The notes under the pieces are model-generated. The model did not search any database, had not been told where the DNA came from, and worked only from the letters and a program-made list of their open reading frames with translations. Shown one piece after another: positions 10,808 through 18,557 of a stretch of 54,311 nt of DNA. Made by a program: the position numbers and the translations under genes. Source of the DNA: Clostridia bacterium. GTDB lineage: Bacteria > Bacillota > Clostridia > Oscillospirales > JAAYXM01. Numbering within the stretch: position 1 is the stretch's first letter; each line of letters starts with the position of its first letter. The stretch covers positions 1 through 54,311 of the forward strand of contig JAFYQP010000005.1 of the NCBI GenBank assembly GCA_017559855.1, given 5' to 3'.

Positions 10808-10836
10808 ATTGTACCATATCGGGACACAAAAAGCAA
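10808..10836 (-). promoter_or_regulatory. Putative sigma-A promoter of dnaA
   Basis: TTGCTT-17 nt-TACAAT with extended TG (tggTACAAT) on the minus strand. Confidence 0.6.
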
Positions 10837-10888
10837 ACAAAATTACGGAATTTTTCAAGAAAAAATTGACTTTTTTCAAAAGTTTTTC

Positions 10889-10918
10889 TTGACATACTTA
10901 AAAAGCCTGTTATATAAT
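10889..10918 (+). promoter_or_regulatory. Putative sigma-A promoter of the rpmH operon
   Basis: TTGACA-18 nt-TATAAT. Confidence 0.75.
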
Positions 10919-11023
10919 AGCCTATGTACCCGTATCAGGCAGTTATGGATAGCGGCATAAGCCTGAAAAAGCGGACTTAGTCCGGTATTTATAACAGAAA
11001 TTTTGATTTGGAGGTGTTTTTAA

Positions 11024-11158
11024 ATGGTTCGTACATTCCAGCCTAAGAAGAGACATCGTGCTAAAGAGCATGGTTTTAGAAAGAGAATGAGCACCCGTAA
11101 CGGTAAGAAGGTTTTAGCAAGACGCCGTGCAAAGGGTAGAGCTCGTCTTACACACTAA
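11024..11158 (+). CDS. rpmH: 50S ribosomal protein L34 (not in the ORF track)
   Basis: Manual translation [44 protein letters not shown]; RBS GGAGGTG; divergent from dnaA. Confidence 0.97.
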   Translation: MVRTFQPKKRHRAKEHGFRKRMSTRNGKKVLARRRAKGRARLTH

Positions 11159-11249
11159 GCGACGTATGTTGCAAATTAAGCGGTAAGTGGGAAGTTGCAC
11201 ACCATGTGCGCTTAATGCTTACCCTTTTTTATTTGTTAGGAGTGCTTTA

Positions 11250-11597
11250 ATGGTAAGTACCGACACAATTAAGAAAAATTATGAATTCAGACGTTTGTAT
11301 AATCGTGGTAAAAACAAGGTTTCCCCCTTTCTTGCGATGTATGTCATCGAGAAAAAACAGGGGCCGCGACGACTTGGTATTACCGTGAGTACAAAGGTCG
11401 GCTGTGCGGTAATCAGAAACCGCGTCCGCCGTTTAATCCGTGAGGCTTTTCGTTTAAATGAAAGCATTTTTGCGGAAAATGCGGATATTATTGTGGTTGC
11501 ACGGGTAAGGGCAAAGGATGCCACATTCGTGCAGATAGAGAAGTCGCTTCTCTCACTTGCAGGGGAACTTGGTATTTTAAAAGAAGATAAGGAATAG
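11250..11597 (+). CDS. rnpA: Ribonuclease P protein component
   Basis: Start [17 protein letters not shown] (RBS AGGAG); [24 protein letters not shown] motif. Confidence 0.95.
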   Translation: MVSTDTIKKNYEFRRLYNRGKNKVSPFLAMYVIEKKQGPRRLGITVSTKVGCAVIRNRVRRLIREAFRLNESIFAENADIIVVARVRAKDATFVQIEKSLLSLAGELGILKEDKE

Positions 11598-11601
11598 TCT
11601 T

Positions 11602-11814
11602 ATGAAGAAATTACTTTTAAGGTTAATCAGGTTTTACAGAAAAAATATATCACCGCTTAAGAAACCCTGCTGTAGGTTTACGCCTACCTGCTCCCAGTAC
11701 GCACTGGAAGCGATTGAAAAATACGGTGCACTTAAAGGTTCATATCTTGCCCTTCGCCGTATACTCAGATGTCATCCCTTTAGTGGGAAATCCGGATACG
11801 ATCCGGTAGAATAG
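11602..11814 (+). CDS. yidD: Membrane protein insertion efficiency factor YidD
   Basis: ISP...[29 protein letters not shown]. Confidence 0.95.
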   Translation: MKKLLLRLIRFYRKNISPLKKPCCRFTPTCSQYALEAIEKYGALKGSYLALRRILRCHPFSGKSGYDPVE

Positions 11815-11833
11815 TAAAGAAAGGTAATAAAGT

Positions 11834-12625
11834 ATGTTTGATTTTATTGCACGTCCTTTCGGATGGCTTTTAATGCAGATTTATAATCTGACAGGCTCTT
11901 ACGGTATAGCACTTATTATCTTTACTCTTATTGCAAAACTTGTTCTTCTTCCCTTCCAGATGAAGAGCAAAAAGAGCATGATCGGTATGCAAAAGATTCA
12001 GCCGAAAATGAAGGAACTTGAAAAAAAGTATAAAGATGATAAGGAACGCTATGCACTTGCAGTACAGCAACTTTACAAGGACGAGGAAGTAAGTATGATG
12101 GGCGGATGTCTCCCCCTCCTTCTCACTTTCCCGATTATGCTTGGTCTTTACGCGGTTGTCCGTCAGCCTCTTACATTTATGTTTGGTATGGAGGAGACGG
12201 CAATTGAGGCCCTTGCACAGCAAATTGGTATTGTCATGCAGGGACCTGCAAGCAATTATGAAATCCAGATTGCCGCAACACTCGGTAAAATAGATTTCTC
12301 TTTCTTAGGTATTGATTTATCTGCAACACCGAGTTTTGCAAAATTCAATATTCTTTGGATAATCCCGATTCTTTCAGGTATTACCTCATACTTGGTATCC
12401 TGGGTGTCAAAGAAATCTCAGCCGGCACCGACAAACGGACAGGAAAACCCAGCCGGTATGATGACAATGCTTATGCCGATTATGTCGGTATGGATTGCAT
12501 TTATCGTTCCCGGTGGCCTTGGTTTCTATTGGGTTGTAAATAACCTGCTTTCTGCAATTCAGGAACCCGTACTTCAGTGGTACTACACAAAGTTTAAACC
12601 TATTAAAAAAGAGGGGAAAAAATAA
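11834..12625 (+). CDS. yidC: Membrane protein insertase YidC/SpoIIIJ
   Basis: SYGIALIIFT, IQPKMKEL, GGCLPLL, FYWVVNN; conserved synteny. Confidence 0.92.
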   Translation: MFDFIARPFGWLLMQIYNLTGSYGIALIIFTLIAKLVLLPFQMKSKKSMIGMQKIQPKMKELEKKYKDDKERYALAVQQLYKDEEVSMMGGCLPLLLTFPIMLGLYAVVRQPLTFMFGMEETAIEALAQQIGIVMQGPASNYEIQIAATLGKIDFSFLGIDLSATPSFAKFNILWIIPILSGITSYLVSWVSKKSQPAPTNGQENPAGMMTMLMPIMSVWIAFIVPGGLGFYWVVNNLLSAIQEPVLQWYYTKFKPIKKEGKK

Positions 12626-13306
12626 ATGAATAAATACGTTGAAGCAACAGGAAAAACTATTGATGAAGCAATTGCTGCCGGCAAAAAGATGCTCGGCGTT
12701 GAAGATGACGCTTTGGTTTCTTACGAAGTTTTAGAAATTCCGAAATCCGGATTTTTAGGCATCGGCGGCACTCCCGCAAAGGTTGCCGTATCTCTTATCG
12801 AGGCTGAGTCTGCAGGTTCTGTTGAGGAATTCCTTACCACCATGCTTGATAAAATGGGTGCAGATGCTAAGATTGAGTCTAAACTTACCGACGAAGGAAA
12901 TATTGCAATTGAACTTATCGGTGAGAATATGGGTATGCTTATCGGCCGTCGTGGAGAGACACTTGACGCTATTCAGCACATTGCAAATTTAGTTGCAAAC
13001 AAGGGCCGTGAAGAGCACGTACGAGTTATGGTAGATACTGAAAACTACCGTGCAAAGCGTGCAGAGACCTTAGAAAGCCTTGCAAAGAAGGTTGCAGGTC
13101 AGGTGCTTAAGTATAAGAGAAACAAGGTTTTAGAGCCTATGAACGCTTATGAGCGTCATATCATTCACGCAGCACTTCAGGATGTTGAAAATGTATCAAC
13201 CTCCTCCACCGGCGTTGAGCCGAACCGTCGAGTAGTTGTAAACTATACCGGAAGTGACGCAGGTTCTTACCGCCGTCCTTACCGTCCCCGTTACAACAAC
13301 AAGTAA
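12626..13306 (+). CDS. jag: Jag/KhpB/EloR RNA-binding protein (Jag-N, KH, R3H)
   Basis: ATGKTIDEAI, KSGFLGIG, LIGRRGETLDAIQ (KH), MNAYERHIIH (R3H). Confidence 0.93.
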   Translation: MNKYVEATGKTIDEAIAAGKKMLGVEDDALVSYEVLEIPKSGFLGIGGTPAKVAVSLIEAESAGSVEEFLTTMLDKMGADAKIESKLTDEGNIAIELIGENMGMLIGRRGETLDAIQHIANLVANKGREEHVRVMVDTENYRAKRAETLESLAKKVAGQVLKYKRNKVLEPMNAYERHIIHAALQDVENVSTSSTGVEPNRRVVVNYTGSDAGSYRRPYRPRYNNK

Positions 13307-13314
13307 GAAATAAT

Positions 13315-13357
13315 AAATACCCGTCCGGAGTGTAAATACTCAGACGGGTATTTTTTT
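13315..13357 (+). terminator. Rho-independent terminator of the rpmH-jag operon
   Basis: AAATACCCGTC...GACGGGTATTT stem followed by a T run. Confidence 0.85.
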
Positions 13358-13361
13358 GCAA

Positions 13362-13397
13362 TAAAAAACCTGCAATACATTGGTATTGCAGGTTTTT
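13362..13397 (-). terminator. Rho-independent terminator of serS
   Basis: AAAAACCTGCAATAC-attg-GTATTGCAGGTTTTT perfect inverted repeat with A/T tails on both sides. Confidence 0.85.
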
Positions 13398-13404
13398 GTT
13401 TTAA

Positions 13405-14682
13405 TTAAAGAGTGATTTTTTCCAAACCGCCGAGGTAAGGACGAAGCGCCTCAGGAATTGTTACAGAGCCGTCTGCGTTCTGATAGTTTTCTAAAATTGC
13501 GGCGGTTGTACGGCCCAAAGCCACGCCGGAGCCGTTTAATGTGTGGACAAGGCGGGGTTTGGGAGATTCCGCATTTTTAAAGCGGATGGAAGCACGACGT
13601 GCCTGATAATCTTCAAAGTTGGAGCAGGAGGAAATCTCAACGTATCTGCCGTAGGAGGGCATCCAAACCTCAATGTCATAAGTCATTGCGGAGGAGAAAC
13701 CAAGGTCACCTGCACAAAGCATTACAACACGATAGGGAAGGCCTAATTTCTCTAAAACGTACTCTGCATCACGAGTAAGAGATTCAAGTTCCTCGTAGGA
13801 TTTTTCAGGAGTAGCAAACTTAACAAGTTCTACCTTGTTAAACTGATGCTGACGGATAAGACCACGGGTATCACGACCTGCACTACCCGCCTCTGCACGG
13901 AAACAAGCGGAATAAGCACAGTACTTGATTGCATCGTCAAGACCGTCTATGATTTCGTTTCTGTGCATATTGGTAACCGGAACTTCTGCTGTGGGAATGA
14001 GGAAGTAATCGGTACCCTCTACCTTGAAGGCATCTTGTTCAAACTTTGGCAGCTGACCGGTACCGGTCATGGATGCACGGTTTACCATATAAGGCGGGAA
14101 AATTTCGGTATAACCACGCTCTGAATGGGTATCAAGGAAAAAGTTCATAATAGCACGTTCAAGTTTAGCGGCAGCACCACGGTAGAAGTGGAAACGAGCA
14201 CCGGTAACCTTTGCAGCGGTAGCAGGATCTAAAACGCCAAGGTTTTCGCCGATATCCCAATGTGCCTTAGGCTCAAAGTCAAACTCACGGGGAGTTCCCA
14301 CACGGCGGATTTCAAGGTTTGAATCACTATCTAAGCCGTCGGGAATTTTATCGTTGGGAGTGTTGGGAATGGGAAGAAGAGTTGCGGCAATCTCGTCGTC
14401 GATTTCACGGAGTTTTGCATCAAGATCCTTAACGGTGTCTGCGATTTTCTTCATTTCCGCGAAAACGGCACTTACATCCTCGCCGGCCTTCTTCATTTGG
14501 GGAATCTTTTTGGAAACCGCATTCTGCTCTGCCTTGAGAGACTCGGTTTTGCCGATGAGTTCACGTCTTTCGGCGTCAAGTGCTAAAACCTTGTCGATCT
14601 CTGCATCAAAACTTTTGTTGCGTCGTGCAAGAGATGCTTTTACTTTTTCGGGGTTTTCTTTAATTACTCTGATATCTAACAT
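13405..14682 (-). CDS. serS: Serine--tRNA ligase
   Basis: [13 protein letters not shown]-terminal coiled coil, [47 protein letters not shown]. Confidence 0.97.
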   Translation of the reverse strand: MLDIRVIKENPEKVKASLARRNKSFDAEIDKVLALDAERRELIGKTESLKAEQNAVSKKIPQMKKAGEDVSAVFAEMKKIADTVKDLDAKLREIDDEIAATLLPIPNTPNDKIPDGLDSDSNLEIRRVGTPREFDFEPKAHWDIGENLGVLDPATAAKVTGARFHFYRGAAAKLERAIMNFFLDTHSERGYTEIFPPYMVNRASMTGTGQLPKFEQDAFKVEGTDYFLIPTAEVPVTNMHRNEIIDGLDDAIKYCAYSACFRAEAGSAGRDTRGLIRQHQFNKVELVKFATPEKSYEELESLTRDAEYVLEKLGLPYRVVMLCAGDLGFSSAMTYDIEVWMPSYGRYVEISSCSNFEDYQARRASIRFKNAESPKPRLVHTLNGSGVALGRTTAAILENYQNADGSVTIPEALRPYLGGLEKITL

Positions 14683-14687
14683 TTAAA

Positions 14688-15152
14688 TCAACCTTTCGTG
14701 TTTTTTTCAATTCTCTTAAGTTCTGCAAGACCGTCTTCGTCTAAGTATTTGCGGAGATCGTTGGAGTCGATCATTGCAATGATTGAACGGCAATCGCCGT
14801 ACTTTTTCAGATAACTTGCCTTTACTAATTTCCAAAGGTAGTCGGATGCGGCAAGTTTCTTTTCCTGCTCTGTAAGTTTTGCGGTTGATGCGGTAACCTG
14901 AGCGGTTAAGGTGTCAATCTGCTTTTTTTGCTCCACAATAGTAGTTTCAAATTCCGCATTTTTTGCATTTGCCTGTTCAAGACGGGATGCAAAGCCTTCT
15001 GCCTTTTCGGTTGTATCAACAAGTTGCTGTTCAACACGCTCTTGTGATATGTAGGAAAACGTTATTAAAATTCCTGCGAAAAGGAAAAGGACAACACAGT
15101 AGAAAATGAAAAAATTTCGGGACGGCTTTTTTTCATTGTTTTCAGTACTCAT
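14688..15152 (-). CDS. Hypothetical bitopic membrane protein with coiled coil
   Basis: Basic N-terminus, one hydrophobic helix (FFIFYCVVLFLFAGILITFSYI), heptad-rich middle; start overlaps the parB stop, RBS GGGAGGG. Confidence 0.8.
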   Translation of the reverse strand: MSTENNEKKPSRNFFIFYCVVLFLFAGILITFSYISQERVEQQLVDTTEKAEGFASRLEQANAKNAEFETTIVEQKKQIDTLTAQVTASTAKLTEQEKKLAASDYLWKLVKASYLKKYGDCRSIIAMIDSNDLRKYLDEDGLAELKRIEKNTKG

Positions 15153-16018
15153 TATAATTCCCTCCCAAGTTGTTCTAAGAGTTTAATTAGTTTTTCAAGA
15201 TCTTCCGGATTGTAAAATTCAAGTTCGAGTTTTCCTTTTTTGCGACCGCTTGTTACTTTAACTTTACGGCCCAATTTTCCGGAAAGATTACGCTCGATTT
15301 CTTCAAGGTAATTTACCGTGACGCTTTTTGCCGCTGTCGGCTTTGCCTTAGAGGATTCCAACAACTTCTTAACAAAAACCTCGGTCTGACGTACGGTAAG
15401 GTTCTTTGCCAGAACCAGGTTTGCCGCGTCAATCTGTTTCTTCTCAATTACAATTGAAAGAAGTGCCTTTGCATGACCTGCACTCAAGCGGCCGTCTGCT
15501 ACCATTTCACGCACAACGGGTGCAAGAGTTAAAAGACGGAGAGTGTTGGCAATAGCGGAACGTGATTTTCCGATTCTCGCCGCACAATCTTCCTGAGTAA
15601 GTGAAAAATCATTCATTAAAACACGGTAGCCTTCTGCTTCTTCGATAGGATTTAAGTCCTGTCTTTGAAGGTTTTCCACCAAAGCAAGTTCCATAACCTT
15701 CTTGTCGTCTGCCTCTACAACGTAGACCGGGACCTCCGCAAGGCCTGCCTCACGTGCGGCACGCCAACGACGCTCGCCTGCTATAATCTGATATCTGCCA
15801 CCGGCAATTTCACGAACCGCAAGTGGTTGTAGAATGCCATGTGTTTTAATAGATTCACATAAATCGGCAAGGGCTTCGGGATCGAAATCTTTTCTCGGCT
15901 GGTCAAGATTAGGCTCGACCAAGGAAATTTTGACAGTAGCAACACCTTTATCGGCAGATGCTGAAGAGTTGTCCATAAAAAGGGCATCTAATCCCATTCC
16001 AAGTCCTTTAGCACTCAT
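15152..16018 (-). CDS. parB: Chromosome partitioning protein ParB/Spo0J
   Basis: KGLGMGLDALF ParA-interacting peptide, PNLDQPRKDF, IIAGERRWRAA, ENLQRQDLNPIEEA, HTH KSRSAIANTLRLL, GHAKALL. Confidence 0.95.
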   Translation of the reverse strand: MSAKGLGMGLDALFMDNSSASADKGVATVKISLVEPNLDQPRKDFDPEALADLCESIKTHGILQPLAVREIAGGRYQIIAGERRWRAAREAGLAEVPVYVVEADDKKVMELALVENLQRQDLNPIEEAEGYRVLMNDFSLTQEDCAARIGKSRSAIANTLRLLTLAPVVREMVADGRLSAGHAKALLSIVIEKKQIDAANLVLAKNLTVRQTEVFVKKLLESSKAKPTAAKSVTVNYLEEIERNLSGKLGRKVKVTSGRKKGKLELEFYNPEDLEKLIKLLEQLGREL

Positions 16019-16789
16019 TTACACGCCCCCCTTTTCATTTTTCTCAATTATCTCACGTGCCAGAAGGGCGTAACATTCCGCACCTTTTGAGTATTTATCA
16101 TAAACGTTAATGGGTTTGCCGTGACTTGGAGCCTCGGCAAGACGCACGTTACGGGGTATTGCGGTTGCAAATACCTTACCGGGGAAAAACCTCTTTACCT
16201 CCTGTGCAATCTGGATGGAGAGATTCGTACGCCCGTCAAACATTGTAAGCAGTACACCCTCAATGTCAAGGGCGGTATTAAGTCCTTTTTTAAGCGTGGA
16301 CATTGTTGCGGTGAGTGCGGAGAGTCCCTCAAGAGCATAGAACCCGCAATCCACCGGAACCAAAACCGTATCTGCAGCACAGAGGGCATTTATTGTAAGT
16401 TGTCCCAAAGACGGCGGACAGTCGATTAAAATATAATCGTAGTTATCGCGAACCGCATTTATAGCATCACGAAGGATAAAATGACGGTTGTCCATAGACA
16501 TCATCTCGACCTCTGCACCTGCAAGGTTTGTATTTGCGGAAAGCAAGTCGCCGTAGGGAGTTTTTCTTATAGCCTCAGCCGGTGCGGTTTTTCCTATTAA
16601 AACATCATAAACTGTAGCGCCGCTATCTCTCTTGCTTACACCAAAGCCGATTGTGGCATGGCCCTGAGGATCCATATCGCAAAGCAAGATTTTCTTACCT
16701 AATGTATTTAAAGCGGCGGATAAGTTGACACAAGTAGTAGTTTTGCCTACGCCACCCTTTTGGTTGGCAAGGGCAATAACTTTCGCCAT
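16019..16789 (-). CDS. parA: ParA/Soj ATPase
   Basis: ANQKGGVGKTTT deviant Walker A, DMDPQGHAT, IDCPPSLG, IPRNVRLAEAPSHG; start taken at MAKVIA. Confidence 0.95.
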   Translation of the reverse strand: MAKVIALANQKGGVGKTTTCVNLSAALNTLGKKILLCDMDPQGHATIGFGVSKRDSGATVYDVLIGKTAPAEAIRKTPYGDLLSANTNLAGAEVEMMSMDNRHFILRDAINAVRDNYDYILIDCPPSLGQLTINALCAADTVLVPVDCGFYALEGLSALTATMSTLKKGLNTALDIEGVLLTMFDGRTNLSIQIAQEVKRFFPGKVFATAIPRNVRLAEAPSHGKPINVYDKYSKGAECYALLAREIIEKNEKGGV

Positions 16790-16829
16790 ATCATCACCCA
16801 CTCCGTTGTTTATTTAAAGTACATAGATT

Positions 16830-16857
16830 ATTATACCACACTAAAATCAAATTTCAA
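16830..16857 (-). promoter_or_regulatory. Putative sigma-A promoter of parA-parB-hyp-serS
   Basis: TTGAAA-16 nt-TATAAT with extended TG on the minus strand. Confidence 0.65.
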
Positions 16858-16873
16858 TACTTAAAGTGAAAAA

Positions 16874-16906
16874 TGTTCCACGTGGAACATTGTTTCACGT
16901 GGAACA
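16874..16906. promoter_or_regulatory. Two tandem parS sites
   Basis: TGTTCCACGTGGAACA (16874-16889), t, TGTTTCACGTGGAACA (16891-16906). Confidence 0.93.
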
Positions 16907-17719
16907 TTATCGAGGTGTTTTATAAATGCTTATTGTCATATGCAGAGCGGAGTCGTCTTCCTTTTTTGTAAGGTCTGCTTTGATCCCAGAGGAACGCATA
17001 GTATCTACCGCATGATTTATGGTGTTTACAAACGGGCGGACGTCTTTGAAAACAAAAACTGTGCGTTTTGGGGAAGGCTTGGTCTTTTCTACAAGCAGAC
17101 GCTCAACGTATTCGTCGGTCTGGGAAACGTTTAAGTTCCGTGCGATTATATTTTGCAATGCGGATTCCTGCAGTTCGCTGTTTTCCAGACGAAGAAGTGC
17201 CCTTGCGTGGCGTTCGGTCAGGTTGTTTTCTATTATAAGTTTAATTACCTTTCGGGGTAATTTTAGAAGGCGTAGTTTATTTGAAACAGCGGATTGGGAC
17301 TTTCCGAGTTTCCGCGCTGCTTCCTCCTGAGAAAAATTATAGGTGCGGATAAGATTGTCGATACCCAAGGCTTCCTCAAAAAAATCCAGATCGCATCTCT
17401 GCAGGTTCTCTATAAGGGCTACAAGGGATGACTGCCTCTCATCCATATCCGATACTATGGCGGGAATTTCCCGAAGCCCTGCCATTATTGCAGCACGCAG
17501 ACGGCGTTCCCCTGCGACAAGGACAAATCGCTCGTCAATTTTCCTTACGGTTATGGGTTGAATAACTCCGTTTTCTGCTATACTGTGGGAAAGTTCACGC
17601 AGTTCATCCGCATTGAATACTTTACGCGGCTGTGCAGGATTGGGCTCAATTCGTCCGATGGGAAGCATAACAATTGAAGTGTTTTCATATATAGGTTTCT
17701 TTCGTAAAGGTGAGAGCAT
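16907..17719 (-). CDS. noc: ParB paralogue, nucleoid occlusion protein Noc-like
   Basis: PNPAQPRKVF, LVAGERRLRAA, ALIENLQR, KSQSAVSNKLRLL, TERHARALL, KDVRPFVNTI; located between rsmG and parA. Confidence 0.8.
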   Translation of the reverse strand: MLSPLRKKPIYENTSIVMLPIGRIEPNPAQPRKVFNADELRELSHSIAENGVIQPITVRKIDERFVLVAGERRLRAAIMAGLREIPAIVSDMDERQSSLVALIENLQRCDLDFFEEALGIDNLIRTYNFSQEEAARKLGKSQSAVSNKLRLLKLPRKVIKLIIENNLTERHARALLRLENSELQESALQNIIARNLNVSQTDEYVERLLVEKTKPSPKRTVFVFKDVRPFVNTINHAVDTMRSSGIKADLTKKEDDSALHMTISIYKTPR

Positions 17720-17839
17720 AATAAATTCCTCCTTACTTATAAATTACCATTTTCTTCCAAATAAGTAAAGAGGAATATATCGACAAAAAGTATGTAGTTT
17801 TAACAAAAGTAACGGTAATGCGTGGAAAATGCACAAAAA

Positions 17840-18544
17840 TTATAACGGATTCTTTTGTATTTTGGCGAAGCGTCGGGGGTATTTTGAGGGGGTATTTGCA
17901 AGTTTTTTAATAACCACCACGCAATATGCAAGATCTGTTCCCTCTATTGAGTATTCCCAAATTCTTTCTACACGTGCCTGAAGTGTTTTAATTGCATTCT
18001 CGGATGCCTCAAGTTCTGCAAGATAGTCCTTTGACTTCATTGCAAGGAAAACGCCGCCCGGCTTTACAAAGGGGAGGCAGAGTTCGCAAAGCATCGGAAG
18101 AGAAGCAACCGCACGGGAGGTAACCACATCAAAACAATCACGGAAATCGGCGCTCATTGCCGCCTCTTCCGCTCTTGCATGGATGCAATTTGCATCTAAA
18201 CCAAGCAAATCGCAAGTGTTTTGTAAGAAATCCACTCTTTTTCTTAAACTGTCGAGGAGAGTAAGATTTATATCAGGACAGGCGATTTTAAGAGGAAGGC
18301 CGGGAAATCCCGCACCGGTGCCAACATCAATAACCTTTTTCCCCGAAAAGTCAAAACAAGCAAGAAGAGCAACGGAATCTGCGAAATGACGGAGATAAAT
18401 CTCCTGCGGGTCCACAATTGCGGTTAAGTTCATAACTTTATTTGTTTCTATAAGCGTTTCACAGTATTTTTCAAAACGCTCCTCTGCCCTTGCGTCCAAG
18501 GAAATATCGAGACTTTGCAGGGCGTCTTTTAATTTATTGAACAT
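17840..18544 (-). CDS. rsmG: 16S rRNA m7G527 methyltransferase RsmG/GidB
   Basis: NKVMNLTAI, HFADS, IDVGTGAGFPG, SRAVA, TPSKYPR. Confidence 0.95.
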   Translation of the reverse strand: MFNKLKDALQSLDISLDARAEERFEKYCETLIETNKVMNLTAIVDPQEIYLRHFADSVALLACFDFSGKKVIDVGTGAGFPGLPLKIACPDINLTLLDSLRKRVDFLQNTCDLLGLDANCIHARAEEAAMSADFRDCFDVVTSRAVASLPMLCELCLPFVKPGGVFLAMKSKDYLAELEASENAIKTLQARVERIWEYSIEGTDLAYCVVVIKKLANTPSKYPRRFAKIQKNPL

Positions 18545-18557
18545 AACTATCCCCTTT

